The translations under genes were made by a program, and so were the position numbers. Source: Chrysomallon squamiferum (Eukaryota > Animalia > Mollusca). Taken from it: a stretch of 64,000 nucleotides of DNA. Shown here piece by piece: positions 23,236-39,076 of the stretch. How positions within the stretch are numbered: the stretch's first letter is position 1; every line of letters begins with the position of its first letter. The stretch is taken from positions 20,894,001 to 20,958,000 of the forward strand of contig CM022667.1 of the NCBI GenBank assembly GCA_012295275.1, in the 5' to 3' direction. Below the pieces are notes generated by a model. That model was not told where the DNA came from, ran no database searches, and saw only the letters and a list, made by a program, of their open reading frames with translations.

Positions 23236-25231
23236 CCTGTAAATCTGTATCTGATGAGTTACTAATTCTGTAATGTTGGAATAAGTTTCTTTAAAAAAAA
23301 TAGTATTCATCATTAAAATTAAATAAAAAATACACAAAACCCATACAAGAAACTGATTATTTTTATTCAGTATAAAAATGAGGTGTTATTAAAACAGTCT
23401 GTGTTTTGCATTCTGTTACACATGAATTTTAAGAATAGAAATGCGTTTCAAAAATAAAAAATTGCCAGATCAACATCTCTTTTTACTGGTGAATAGCTTG
23501 AAAAGGAAAAATGTGAAAATCAGTAAGTTAATTTGGAAATGCAGCTCAGTAACTTTAATTAACAAGAAAGCTAAAGTTGCAGAGTATGCATTTAGAAAAT
23601 CAAAAGTATTGGTTCTAGTTTCATAGCATATTCAATGTTTTAACTATCAATATAAAGACTTCACAAGGGTATTTCATAAATAATTTATAAATAATATTTA
23701 CGCTTATAAAATAAGTTCAGTGATAAAACTGAATTAACAGAATCGTGTAATGAAATGAATGTAATCAAAATGTCCTATAATGTGTAAAAGTTTTCTACTT
23801 CCAATATTACACAGATACTCGGTATAATTATACTTTTGTAGCACATTTACATAATGATTATACAAGTTGATTGCTAATGTATTGGATAAATTATATTAAT
23901 TCCTTTATTCTACAACAATTATAAATACGGTTCAGCTAAAAGGAATGTAGAGGAATTGAGGAAAACAACTAAAATTGGAAAACAGTACATGATTTTCATC
24001 ACAGACAACATGGCTGAATCTTGAATTTATAGATATTTGTAACAAACTTGCCCAAGATTCATACCAAGTAATTTTATCACAGGTGATTACTTAACAGACA
24101 GTTGCATATTCTCACTAACAATCTTTAAAATCAGTTTTTAACACATCTTTCTTAAGAAAAAGACATTTGCATTACTGAACATCTTGTAATCACAGTCAAA
24201 AGGGATCATTGTATAAAAATTGATTTTCACCTTTAGTAGTATGTTTACATCAACATGCAATTACAAAAAAAATCCCACATAACTACATATTTATTCAATA
24301 ACAATTACTAGGACATGGGTTTTCATTATCATGATTGCTGTCCGTAATAATTTCATTTTGGCTTGAAGAAGAACAATCTATTGCATGCTCTATTCTTATT
24401 TTCTTTTTTAAAACAAGTTTTGCATAACAGAATTAAAATTATAGTTTATAAATAAAATAAATACCAAGCCATTAAATAATTCCTGTTTACATGCAAACTC
24501 TGGTTATTAAAATAGCTGGATTAAATACAAGTAGAGTAAAAACTAATTAGTTAAAATACCTCATCTCAGCAGAGATGTTAAAATTAAATGCAAATTGTTA
24601 TGTGAAATAAATCAACTGGTTATAAAAATCGACCTTTTTATACTATTATTTAAAAACTTGTCAGAATTCCTAACGTTCTGCTGTAACAAAAAAATAAAAC
24701 CAATTCCTTTTCAACATGGATTAGAAAAATACTTCAAATTTCCATTATAATAAATTTCCTGTTTCATTAATAGTTTTTAAGTGAACACATATACTGTTTT
24801 CAGCTGCTAGACAGCTGACTGCTTCTATTTTTTCCTAGTCTACAAAATGTGCTTCAAGAAGTCCTTAAAAATGTAGCAAATCAACATTTTGTAGAAACTG
24901 TCCAGTATCACTTACAAAATAGATACTGCTGAAACCTGTTTAAAAAATAAATAAGTAACAAATAAAAAAAATATGTGAAATTATCTCTACTAGTTTAAAC
25001 AATTAAGAAATAATAACAACAAATAAAAATAAAACAAGAATCTATCTAAACCAAAGCATTTTCCGATACTCTTAATTGAAGAATGCTACTGAAGGTTAGT
25101 AAAAATAAATGACATAAGTAATTTAAGAATCCATTGCATTACTGGTACATTGTTTTGAGCTGCAGTTTACAAAGCTGCAGTTTGGTAAGCTGTCTATCAC
25201 AAATACAGCATATACATGACAACTTCAGTAG

Positions 25232-28200
25232 TTAATTATCTTCAATCTTCAGCTGTTCTATCTTGAGCATGCCCCGTTTTGATTCTGCTCGGAATTTAGC
25301 GAGATCTTTTCTAGTTACCATACCAACAGGCTGCAATATAAACAAAATTATTTGTGAAAAAAACAAAACAAAAGACTCATAAAGATCAAATTTGAAATGC
25401 ATTCCCAGAATTGGTTGCATGAAAGTAATTTATTGCTTAAATAAAACAAGGTTGAGTGATAATTGTAGATCTTTTTAATCCTGATTCAAGTGACAACAAA
25501 AGTTGTCAGTCAAACAGTTCCAAAATTATGAATATTTTATTATGTTTAAATTTTGATGGCTGGCTGCACACAACTGCCATTTTTGAAGAAATCTTGATTT
25601 TTAAAAGCCCACTCTGCAGCAAGATTGTCCCTGACAATATCACACATATGTGTTGTAATATTCAGTATAATTGTTTCGACAGATATATGTGAAACTGAAG
25701 TAGGTAAAGTCATTGAAAATACATAATTTCACCTCTACTTGTGCTCTGAACAGATTTTATATCAAATAAATCATATTTGAAAGGATCTAGATGATGAAAT
25801 ACTTTCAGATGGAATATTTTAGAAAGTCTGAAATGTTAATTTTTAGCAGGTTTAACTTTTTCTATTAACAAGTTGCAGTTTTCTTCAGATCCAGGTACAA
25901 AAAAGGTGTTAGTAAAGGTTATATAATAAAAAGAATGACTCGCTGCCTTTCCTCCTGAGAGGGCTCCATACACTTTACTATATAATAGTACTTTAAAAAG
26001 TTACAAGTTCAGTAATGTAAATGGAGCAGAAGCTGAATTTCACTTGAATAATATTTATGAAGTGACTTGAATACATATTTCTGAGAAGCTGTTTGAATAT
26101 GGAAATAGACTTCATGAAGCAAAGTCAAACCACAGTAGAGACTGAATACGGAAATTTGTACCGTGTGACTTGTTGTTATTTATTATGTATATAGTATGCT
26201 TTGAACAAAAGTTTCAAACATATTTTTATTATTGTTCTCTAATTAAACATGTGGTCTGTCACCAGTTACAATATTATTTCCACAGCACTGCCACAGCTGC
26301 AGAAAAATAAAATAAAAAGCTAAATACTACTGAATAAACAAACAGGAATGCTAATTTTAGATCACAACAGAAAAACTGAGTCATGACTACACATCTTTTG
26401 TTTTTTTGGGCATCAGAAATAAACTCAAACCCTTTTGTGCTGAACATCTCCAACACATGGTAGCTAGCATTATGCACACAAGTGATGTTCCTAAATAACT
26501 GTTAGGTGATATTGCTACATCTCAGACTGTTTCCCAACCATCAGTTAGCTGAATTATGTACTATCTGAGCCTGAGCTGTTAAGGCTTTTAGGTATCAAGT
26601 GCAGAAAAGGTTCACCAATAACAACATATTCACGCATAAAATATTTTTCTTTAATCTTGAAAACAAAATTTGAATCAAAGTGGTGATGTCACTGAGTTCC
26701 AGACAAAAGTTGCAAGTTTGCTCAAATGTAGCAACACCTAATGTTCACCTAACTTTGTTTTAAGTAGCTTCATGTCCTCAACTGTTTATGGATCCTGTTT
26801 CAGCCCAGCAGCCTCAAACAAGATTACTAACACAACTATTACAAGATTATCCTGTACTTTAAAGCTGTATTATAAAGTGATTTTCTAAAAGGGTGTGATG
26901 CACATTACCTCATTTTTATCATTGACAATAATAAGATGTCTCAAACCAAGACCTCGGAATAAGCGGAACACACGAGGCATTGAGAAATTCTGCAAAAAAA
27001 AAGCAAAGAAGCAAATTATTGCTGTGGACTATGTTTTATATCACCACAGCTTTATTTTTATATAAACAACAGTGTTAATAACAATAATTTCTATACACTT
27101 GCTTAATGACAGAAAAAATATTTTCTAAACAGCTAACATTACAGATCATTTTACACATATAACTGATATACATCAACCACATTCATTTGCAGACAGACAA
27201 ATGCATTTATCAATAATTTTACTTAAAATGGTTTATAATGAATAATTTTTTTTAGGGGTTGGTTCGGGAATTGATTAATCCACTATATAGTATTTCTTAT
27301 GGAATTTTTTTTTTTCAAACAGGTCAGTTATCAGATAGTTTACTGGAATAAGAATGGAGCTATAACTCTAATATCAAAAATATTATTAAAAAGAGGAGGC
27401 ATGGTGAATGGTGTGATGAAAAAAAAAGCTTTTCCCATTTTAATTACATGCATGTTAAAACAGGAAATGCTGCTAGTGACAAGAAATGTTCTGATTGGTA
27501 ATTTTCAGAAATAACTGCACAATTGATGCAACAATCGTATTTAATACACTGACCCGGATAATTTAAATTAAAATTGATAGTTCAGCTAACTATATTTGCA
27601 ATAAATCTGCTTCATTTATATAAATTCAGGATGGCTACACACTTACTGGTGATACGGTGTATGGAGTTTTGTTCATGTATGGACGAAAATCCATAATGTA
27701 CTCCTTTTCTTCATCTGTCAGTTTAGCATCAATGTCCTTAAAAACACAAACCACACAGCTTCTACAATCCACTATATATTGTATGTATATAATAAGGGTG
27801 TATTTGAGATGTATCTTTAAGCATATTGTATTATGTACAGACAGACAGCTGGAAGCATGTCATGTGTGGAGAATATATGAATGTTTTTATGCTCAAAAGA
27901 TTTTTATTTTAACACTTATGTATACATAAACTAAACAAAGGAGACTGCAGCGAAGAATTGATAAGGATTCCATAGTTCACAAAGTTAATGATTTACAAAT
28001 AAGTTACACATAAACACCCAAACACTCACACACACACACACACACACACATATACATTTATAATGTATGAGTGGATGCATTTATGTATATAATTTTAAAT
28101 GTTTCAGCATGAGAATTTTAATTAGTTTAGCATGAGAATTTTTGTTGATTTTGTTTTTTTCCTATTTCTTTATGATACATCCATCCATTCTGCTGATAAA

Positions 28201-31200
28201 AAGCATGAATGAATATGTAAATAAATATAATCAAATTTTAGCTGCGTTCAAGAAAGAAAAAAGAAATAAACTATTTGAACTATTAACATGCACATCAATT
28301 TCACTTACCTCAATAGAAATTTGTTCTGGAAAAGGATCATTGAAATCTTTCATCCTAACATTTGATGGAGGAAGCATTCCTTCAGGTGCATAGGTCTACA
28401 GAAATAAATTCGACATACTGTTTTTAACTGTATCAGTTTGCATGTGGATGAATACTGTGTTTACTTAAAGTATGTTAAGATGACTGACATCATTGTAAAT
28501 GTTTGACAAATACAAATAAAATAAATTATAACCAAAAACATATTCACTATTTTTTTTTTATGTTATAAAACTTACTTTTTTTCGAAGTAATGTTAACAAC
28601 TGGTTAGCCAATATTAATCCTTTTAGTTTTCCTGTTGTGCGATCACTGTGTTTCTACAACAGTTCAAATTATTAGATTAAAAAATATAATTAATAAAATA
28701 AAATGTATGATACATGCTAGAATTGTTAATAAGAAATAGATGAGAATGGATCAGATTTCTCAAGTCACCTGACAGGTAAAATTCTTGAACAATGGTTTAT
28801 CATTTCAGACAGCATCAAGTTTGTTTATTGTTTACTAATGATTTATAAAACTATTTTAAACTCAATTTACACAAATAAAAATCTACATAGATGAATAATA
28901 AATTTATTATTCAAATATTGTATTTTTTATTTATTTATTTATTTTTCTTTTAGTTATTATTATTATTATTTTTTTATGTACATGTATATTTGAAATAATA
29001 AAAAATGATTTACGGACATTTCAGTAAAGTTTACTTACTCGAGGTTCTATGATAGGAAAGCCTGAAAATGATTCTGCTGATAATAAATCAATTATAAATC
29101 CAACTTTCTCTTTGGGGTACAGAGATACAACTGGTTGATTCATCACTTCACTGCAAATGAGTAACAACAAATCACACAAGTCACAATATAATGGTACTAC
29201 ATAGCCTAATCCTAGCTCAGTAATTGGAAAATACATTTTAAAATCCATTTTAAACCAAAATTAAACTGAAGTAAATTATAAAATATTGATAAAGTATATA
29301 TCTATATCTCTCTCTCTATAATATATATATTTTAATACTTATATAAATATATATATATAAAATAAAAAATCATTAAGCAAACAAAAATAAAAACCTCACC
29401 CCCCAAAAATCAGGAACATTGATTCTATAACATTAAATTAAAAAGTCATTATCAAAAGAATATGAAAATTAACAAAGTCTTTGGCTTTTTCAAGCTATGT
29501 TCACATTAACAATTCACTTTCAAATATCTACCTAGCTTTGAGATTCTCACACATTGGAGGAGGTTCTGGCATCAACAGAGGAATACCACTGACTTCAATA
29601 TTCATGTCATAAAGACCCTAAACAAACAAGAATCTCAGATTATACATCCATTGTAGTTTAAAACAAGAGTCAAATAAATGCTACTTTGTATAGATATGAT
29701 TTTTTTCTCTTTTCTTTTTTTTTCAACTGCAGTAATTTTTAGTATTTACAAACAACCTTTGGTTCTAAATATAAAGTTAATGATAAAGTTAGTTTGTTTT
29801 CTGTGTAACTCACTGTGGTAAAGAAATCACCGACCCACTTGGAGACAACCAAGGCAATCATGATGCACAAACCAAATGAAATATCGCCTGTACATTCAAC
29901 TATGATAACTGCCAAACTGATTGTGGTTCGCAGGATGCCTCCTAACTGAGCAGCAGCACCAATCAGTGCATATTTTCCTACATCTTTTGCCTGACAAGAA
30001 AAACAGAAAAAATGAATACATTTTAAACGGAAAAATTAAAATACGATAAGGCAATGGATACAGAAAGTTAACAAATGTAGAACATAAACCAGCATGAACA
30101 ATTCTGAAAAATTAATAATAAACATAAATTCATAAGTAAAAATAAGATATTAGTGCATCCTTATTTCATCTACTGTTAGTTTAGTGCTTTAAAAGTCCAG
30201 CTTTTTGGGGTACCAATAATTTTTAACTGGACATGCAATTTAAAAATATTTTCAGTTGTCATACAAAATAACTGCAATATAATGTCATTATGTAATTTGT
30301 TGTAGTTAGAAAATAATAATAGAAAAGTAAATCAAAGAGTTAAATAAACATGATGGCATTTTAAAACAAAAATGTTTTTATTTTTGAGTAGATTAATTAG
30401 TTTTCAAGTTAACCTAACTAGGTAAAAATAAAGAAAAAAGTATTTCTTTAAAATAATTTCAAATTTATAAATTATATATTACAGAATCAATGAACAAATT
30501 TATTTCAATATCTTGTATACTGAATTCTTTTATTTCAGTATCAAAATAAAAAAGTTTTATGTAAATAATTTCACACCTCAATTTCACATTATGGATTCAC
30601 AGCAGAAACATGTTTATTTATGCAATATTTCACAGTTTAACTGCCAACAATAATTATTTCTTTATTTAACTTTTCACATAAATATGACAGTTCAATGTTT
30701 TTCAAACAAATATTTTACATCTGATTCTTAATGAAATGAACAATGCATGAACAAATTACAAAATTTCATAAAGGTAATAATAACAATTTACCCTTCACAT
30801 TGTGTCACTGAATATATTAAACTATTAATAATAATAAATTTTGTTATTTTTTAACATAACAGTAAAATCAAAACAAAATAAACAAAATAACCGTTAAGAT
30901 CTCAAAATTCTGTTTGATTTGTGAATTAAAATAAATTAAAATTAACAATGTTTTAAAACTATTTCCCAATAAAGATAAATCAAACAAAGAAAAATCAGTT
31001 TTGTTTTTTAACATAACAGTAAAAACATACCAAAATAAACAAAATAACTGAAAGACCTCAAAATTCAGTTTGACTGGTGAATATAAAAATGAATTAAAAT
31101 TAACAATGTTTGAAAACAATTTCTCAATAAAGATAAATCAAAACAAAGAAAAATCTGTTTCATTAGTTTTTAACATAACAGTAAAAACAAACTAAAATAA

Positions 31201-34200
31201 ACAAAATAACTGTAAAGACCTCAAAATCCAGTTTGATTTGTGAATATAAAATGAATTAAAATTAACGATGTTTGAAAAATATTTCAAGATAACTGAAAAA
31301 TTATGAAAAATTAACAGCAAATGATTTAATTAAAAACATTTAACAGCTTGTAAAAACAATTCTCCCACCTTTGATACTGAATCACTTGTAAACATAGATG
31401 TCTAAAATAAAATAAACATGTAATCTAATCTGATTTAGTTGTTATTTAATTCACCATTTAACAGTTAATTAAACAGTGATGTATTTAAATATTTATTATT
31501 AGTATTTAAATATTTATTATTATTATTATAAACAGAAATGTTTCCTAAACACAAAATGTATTTATTGTAACACATCATTTATAACAAATACTTTATGAAA
31601 TGTTGTTTCATTTTATGACATGCACAATAAGCTACTATTATAATTACACACTATCAATCTGGTTTAAAAACATATCTTTGAATTTCCACAAGCCACCTGT
31701 AGGGGCCATTTTGAACACTGTGTTTTACCATTTTAGATGGCATGTAGCATAATAGTGTAATGCAAAAATATATTTATCAACAAAGATAAATTTGTCTTTC
31801 ACATAAGAAACAGACAGAAAAAACAGTATTTTCCACATTCTTAACATATTTAGAATTTGAATACTTTTTGTCAAATAGATTTTTGAACTGACATTTTTAC
31901 TTATTTTTTTACTTATTTATTTTTATTTTTTATTTTTTGCTAATAGTGGAGTATTTTTACTATGAAACAATAACATAAATATCTAGATGACTATCACAAA
32001 ACAATTATAATTATTTTTTATATGCACTGTAATTATGTGATTAAAAAATATTATCTTAACCTTATAATGAATGAAGGAAACTGTATAGGTTTCTCATAAA
32101 TTATTTGAATTTAGTTCAGTTATTGTAACAATATACTGCCAGATTCTGTGTAATAATTAGTAATGAGCTTTTCCTTATTATTATTTTTAAATATTTTTAA
32201 TTCACATTATGAACACATTTGATGAAAATATCAATAAACAGTAACTGCTTACCTTGTAACTTGTTACTGCTAATAAATGGCCTGTTGTATTGTGAAAGGA
32301 CTATTTCAAAATAAACCCAATTCATTAATTTAAATTAAAAGCAACTGATCATATTTTTCTTGGCATTAAACACATAAAATGAAATTTATAGAAAAGTGTT
32401 CAAAATATTCAAATACTGACTGTCTTACAAATTTTCTTTTGTTTTTTGTCTACCATTTTCTCTTCTTTTTGTAATAATTTATTTTATTTTTATTATTAAC
32501 ATTTAAAAAAAAGACGAACAAAAATTATTTAAAAGTAGCATTCTCACTGATTTACTAAATAACTGTCTGACTGCACCCTAACAAAAATAAAATTAAAATA
32601 ATCTACTACCGGGTATCATTCAGTGGTCATAATAATGATAAGAAGAGAATATTTAAATATAAATCAGTATCAAAAGCTTATTTAAACTAAACACACTAAA
32701 TATAAAATTCAAAATATAGTGTGGCATATATTCTGGGTGTGCTAGTTAAGCACTGTAAATATATCATAAATATTAAACTCACCCATGAACGTAATCATGT
32801 ATCATGCTTTTTTTCCCCTCTGTCATGAAAGATTGGGACTCCTAACCCACAACTATAATATTCATGCTACATCATGGATGAGGGATAATGGGAGAGCATA
32901 AAAAAAAATAAGAGATGAGTGGTAAGCAGAATCCATCAAAATATTCTGTGCAATAATCTCTGTCGGCCACATATACAGAATTATTTAAAAATTTGTGCTA
33001 AAAGCTCATTTGCTTTAAAACTATTTCTAAAAATTGTGGGTAAAATTGGAGTTTGTTTGTTCTCACATTGTTCAGATGTTCTTGCCAATCAGATAAAACA
33101 CATTCTTAACAGAATGTTTAAAATCATTATACAGCATGCACTGCCTTTTCAGTGCCCCTAATACCAACATCAGCAGGCACCAACAAACTGCTATTTCCAT
33201 TTTAGAAGATAAAATGCCACCAGTTAAGCGATGTTGTAACTTTATATTATATAAAGCTTGGAAAAATAATTGTATTTCTGAAGGAAAAAACACCAGTAAA
33301 TATGAATGATTTCAATGGAACAAAAATTTCCAGGGCATTTATGATTGCCCATATTGTTTCTAATGAAATACAGCAGCAGAAGCTGCAGTATTACCATCTC
33401 ATAAGCTATCCGTCTAAACATGGATTAAAACATCATATTTGATTTCTATGAAATGTTGTTTACACAGTTTTGTACAAATTTTATTCAGATGCATCAGATC
33501 TGACACAGTATCAAATGGTTTGACATGCCACAGTGGAAGAAGAAAATATGAAGATGTTTCAATTATGTCATTAAAGTTAATTAAAGTTAACAGTTGTTTG
33601 ATGTGAACAGTATTCAAGCTCATATCAAATAACCCGTCACAGTTTCATAAAACACAAGAGTATTGGTAAGCTGTTTTGGCAATTCAAGAGATAACTTCAT
33701 AGACCTAGAACCAAGATAGGTTTGTGTGCATCAACACAAACACTTTTAATAGTATTTAAAAAGTCTGAAGTTGTATATGGGATCAAGCATCTGCAGGTAT
33801 GACTTATTTTCTTGTAAAAATGCAAAGTTTTTGATTAGCTAGAAAACTGAAAACCACTGTCAAATTTATTCAGAAAAAACTGCAAATAACATTCAATTAT
33901 TTTCATATTTGCTGATCTACAGAACATCTGAAAATCATCAACATTGAGAGCACAATCAACAGCAGGATTTAAACACAGGCTGATGCCGTTAATTCTGATA
34001 GAAACTAATGTGATAGAAAAAAATGCTCAATTAATTTTCTATATTTTCACCTGATTTAGAGTTTTTCCATTGTATGTAACAAGATGTGTGTGTTTATGCT
34101 TAAGCACACAACTTTTAAATACCTACTTGATTTGGATACATCTCTACAACTCCCAAACCAACCAGCCGACCCCATGCAGCTCCTATAGCCAGTGATGGAA

Positions 34201-37200
34201 TGAACACTCCGCTGGACACACTAAGTCCATAAGTCCATACACCAAGCACAAAAAACACCAGAATAAAGGCTACAAGTGCCAACGGACTATATGACTCTGA
34301 AAAGGAAAAAAGTGGACTTACAAAATTATAATTGTTATAACAGCGAAACAATGGGCTTTAAATTCAGGTAATAGTCCAATAGTAAACTGCTTAGCAGTTA
34401 TTTTCTAACACAATAATTGTTTAGAAAAATACATCAGATGAAGAGTGAGATTAAAAGTTTTTTGAATGTTAAATTGTTAGTTTTTTGTTTTTGTTTTTTA
34501 AAGATTGTCTTCCTGGAGATTATTAAATATTACAGCATCCTTTCACTTGCAGTCATTACTGTTACAACAGTTACTGTCTCTGTAAGACAGATCTTTCAGT
34601 TTTGGCAACATGTGGAAAAAATACACTGAAGGTCAGGAAATATGTTATATTTATAAAATAATTAGGCAATCTACAGAGAATATCTGAAATATTTAGCCAT
34701 TCATCAGACTGCCTGATTTTACACCCAGCCTATAATATATAATCAGTTTTAAACATTGTGTATAGCAACAGTGGATATGGCTATTATTTGCAGGTCAGAT
34801 TCCTGAACTATACCACACTACATGAATGATGACTGATATCTAAATGTTAAATTAAAAATAGTGCATATTACAAATAATTCTTTGTTAAAAATAATATCTA
34901 CCTATTGGATCATGTAACAAGGCTTTTAAACATCCTTCTGGTGTTGTCAGAAACAGAGTAGACATTGAATTAAAACTGTCACCATCACAGAACATCTGAA
35001 ATGGTATAAAATTAGTAAAAACAACGTATTCTACATTATCAAATACAAGTACTGCAGTGATTTTTCAATTTTTTCATTAATAAATCATCAGTTTCTGACA
35101 ACTACAGAAATAAACATCTGCCTGCAATGACAACACATTATACAAAACTATAAATGCAGAAAAACTCAATACAAAATTAGACAACCTTTAAAACAAAATA
35201 ATTGAAAGATGGACATAAAATAACTTTCTAATTATCATCTTTGTCAAGAAAACCTTCTTCTGACTAATTAGAATTTATTCAAAGCTTAACTGTGGTCAAA
35301 GAAATGTCAGTGGTTTAAAATTTCATAATCACTGAATAAATGTTTTTAACAAACTGTATGTAAAGAAATTAAGTAATGTCAACAAAACAATAAAAAAATA
35401 AAAATATATATTGAAACTTTATTTTAAAACGTGTACATATTTCTACCACACTCAGCTGTAAAGAATGTGGTAACAAAAACTGTATTCACCTTGGATGTTA
35501 TAGTATGGTTGTTGTGAGGAATTATGCTGACACATTCATTCACACCAAACATCAGCAGAAAACCGGCAATAGCACTGACTATAGAAACCAACCCAGCTTC
35601 TGAAACCTTTATCCACTTGTATCGATGTAAGTATCTACAGTAAAGAAATTAATTAACATAAAACCAAATACTGTTTCATTATATAATCTTAGTAATAGAA
35701 AGAAATTATGAAAAAAATTTAAAACTATATTTCAAATAAAGAGAAAAAACATCAACCAAACGTTACATCACTGCATTAAATGTAATTGTAATTGTATGTG
35801 TCAGTATATCACCATTACTGTAAACTATATAGTTTATAGCTCATAATATCGTATTAATATTAAATTGTACTGGAGTTTTACACTCACTTCTGTCTAAAGA
35901 CAGTCAGTCTGTAGTTTAGTACAACAAAGAGTGCACCAATAAGACCACCAATCACAGCCATTATCATGAAGACAGGGATCTCAATTAAATTAAATGACAG
36001 ATTCTGAAAAAATAAAACATCCAGAAAAAAACTGCATTTACATTATACATAAATTACACACATTAAATATACTTCATTACCTCCCAATTAAAAATTATAG
36101 CAGAAAACATTCCATCTTTATCATAATTATTTTTCTTTGTGTTTGATGTTGGCAGGTTCTATGTGTATTTAAAACAGACAAATTAAAATAGTATGCTGCA
36201 TCAAACCAATATTCATTTCTTATAAAATACAGAAATGAAATTACTTAATTCTAGGAGAAAAATTCAATAATCTTTTATTAAAACTGATTACTCACAGGGA
36301 ATGTATCAAATCGGACCAGCCCTGGATTTGACAAACGTGTTGGATCACCATTGAAGGCACTAATTAAAAAGTTGGTGGTAAAACAGGCAACCATTGCTGA
36401 AAAAAACTAAGAAGATGCATATATGAGTGACATAATAAACATGACACTCATTTATTCCAAAAAGAGGTTTCAAATTTGAAAGTATTTTTGAAATCATTCA
36501 AAAAAAAAAAAGACACAAGTTATAATTGACATATGTACATTGTTAAGGTCAAACTTTTTATCATATAAATTCTTAATATTGTTCTGATTTATAAGCAACA
36601 TATTCCTGTTGGCCAACTCAGTATATTTATTACACATTAACATGCAGAAATTATCATATTTTTATAAACAATTTGTATCTTTTTTGAAAATTTAAAATAT
36701 AAATTTATTACTGTTCATTAAGTATTTATATAATAGCTAATATGATTTTCTGGACAATATCAATAAATAACAGGAAAAAAAACGAGACATGTTAAATATA
36801 AACTTATTAAAAACCCACCACTCGCCATACAAGTTCTGTATTCCAAAAACTTGCTGCTTCTTCCACACTGAACAGTGTGCCTCCTATAGGAGCTCCAAAA
36901 GCAGCAGACACACCAGATGCTGCACCTCCAGCCACAAAGTCCCTGATTTCGTGGTCAGATCGGAAACTCTCAAATACCTTTAGAAATATTAAATAACAAA
37001 CTTATATTCCTTTTCACAGTTAAACTGGGTTTTTTAATATTCAACTATGCTAATGTATATATTCTTGAAATCTGTCTTACACGTCCCCAAAATGTTCTGC
37101 TAAACAAAACAGGGGTTTCTATAAAATACATCCACATTGGGAAATTTCTCTGATATTTAGCTGTAACATAGACATAGGATATAGTCAATATATATTAATA

Positions 37201-39041
37201 TTTAATTTATTCTTTAAAAAATAGATGTGTGTTTATATATTTCTGTTTGTACCTTTCTCTCAGTGTGTGTGTATGTGTCACTGTTTTAGGATGGCATATA
37301 TATATTTTAAAGTTTTAATAAACAGTGTAACAAAAACTAAAAGTATATAGTTTTCTCCTAAACAATAATCATTTTAAACAAAATATGTTTGAATAGTCTT
37401 TTATACCAAAGAGAGAACATTATAGTTATGGTATCAGATTTTGCCTCTTTAGTTAATTTTATGAAATTATCAGCTGAAATGCACACATTATATGGTTTAA
37501 ATAAGCCTGTGTACCAGTAGAGATGAGTGTTTTATTACTAAATCAGATTATTGGGAAAGAAAAACATATGCAAAAGTTAAGACATCAGTGAAATAGATTC
37601 AGTTCTGACCAAGATATTAATCAAGTCAATAATCTGACCTGTCCTGATGAAGTACTGGTATTTGAACACATTAAAGATTATTCTGTGACTATTACAAAAA
37701 CAAAATTATGTATAACACTGCAACTAATTTCATGAGAAAATGAAACATCTATTTAAATGTTAGTAACAACCTGCCATTCTAGTGACATTACTAAATGTTA
37801 GTATTAACATGCACATCAATAGTGTAATCCACTATCAGTGTAAAGTTTAACTAGTTTGGTCTAATTCTTGGTTATTCATTGTCTTGTTATTATGAATTAT
37901 TAGAAAGTAATATATAATCATGCATCACCTAAATATTTACTATTACTAACCAGAAGAACATCATAATACCAATTAAAGATGTAAGGACATAATAATATCA
38001 ATTAATTGGAAAGGACAGTAATACCAACTAACTGGGAATGATGCAATAATATCATCTGAAGTGTGAGGTCTAAATATTAACTGGGTTGTGAAGAATCAGT
38101 AATATCAACTGAAGTGTGAAGTCAAAATATTAACTGAGTTGTGAAGAATGCAATATCATCTGAACTGTGAAGTCCAAAATATTAACTGATCTGTGAAGAA
38201 AGCAATAATATCAGTTAAATTGTGAAGTCCAAACTATTAACTAATCTGTGAAGAATGCAATAATAACAACTGAACTGTGAAGGATTGAGTGATAAAAACT
38301 AATCTGTGATATTATACAATCAGCTAAACACACAACAATTCCAAATTAATCTGTGAAGTTCATGATAATATGAACAAACTACTTGAACAACATCAACAGA
38401 ACCGTGAAAAATACAATATTAATTTTATTTAAAGGATACTAATATGAACTAAACTGGAATTGAAGGGCACACCCAGTAATTAATATTATTTTGTTCTTTT
38501 ACACACTCATGAAATTTAATACAAATGAAACATTTTATTAACTGAATATAAACAAAATTATTGAGATGTGTAAAATGCAATTTTGCTACTATCAAACTGT
38601 TCTTATAAAAGAATGCCTGAAGATTCAAATTTAGACTTTCCTTTCTGAGATTAACAAACTGCTTGCCAATGCTTGCTGATAAAAAGGTGAATTTATGCAG
38701 CTTAATTAATTTATATACCTAAACACATTCACTTGTTATTTTTATATGTATATTTTTAAATGATGAAGTGCAATTTAAAAGAACAAATACACCAATAACC
38801 AATTTAAAACATGCAAAACACATTAATTAAAATAAAGAGATAAATATAAAATTAGTACAAATAAAACAAATAAAACAACAGTTATAATGCATTAAAACCA
38901 CTGACTGAAAACTCATCTTACCTCATGTGACCACATTAATAGCTAAAAGAAAATAGTTGGGTTTTCATTCATAAAAAAATGATAGAACCATATGTAGATA
39001 TAAAAATTCAACTTAGATCAATCTGTATATATTTATATATT

Positions 39042-39076
<35 letters not shown>

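Noticed and set aside
32900-33750. Complex sequence with several short ORFs in the largest internal CLC intron
   Set aside because: No recognisable protein motif and the CLC frame is complete without it; probably old transposon debris.
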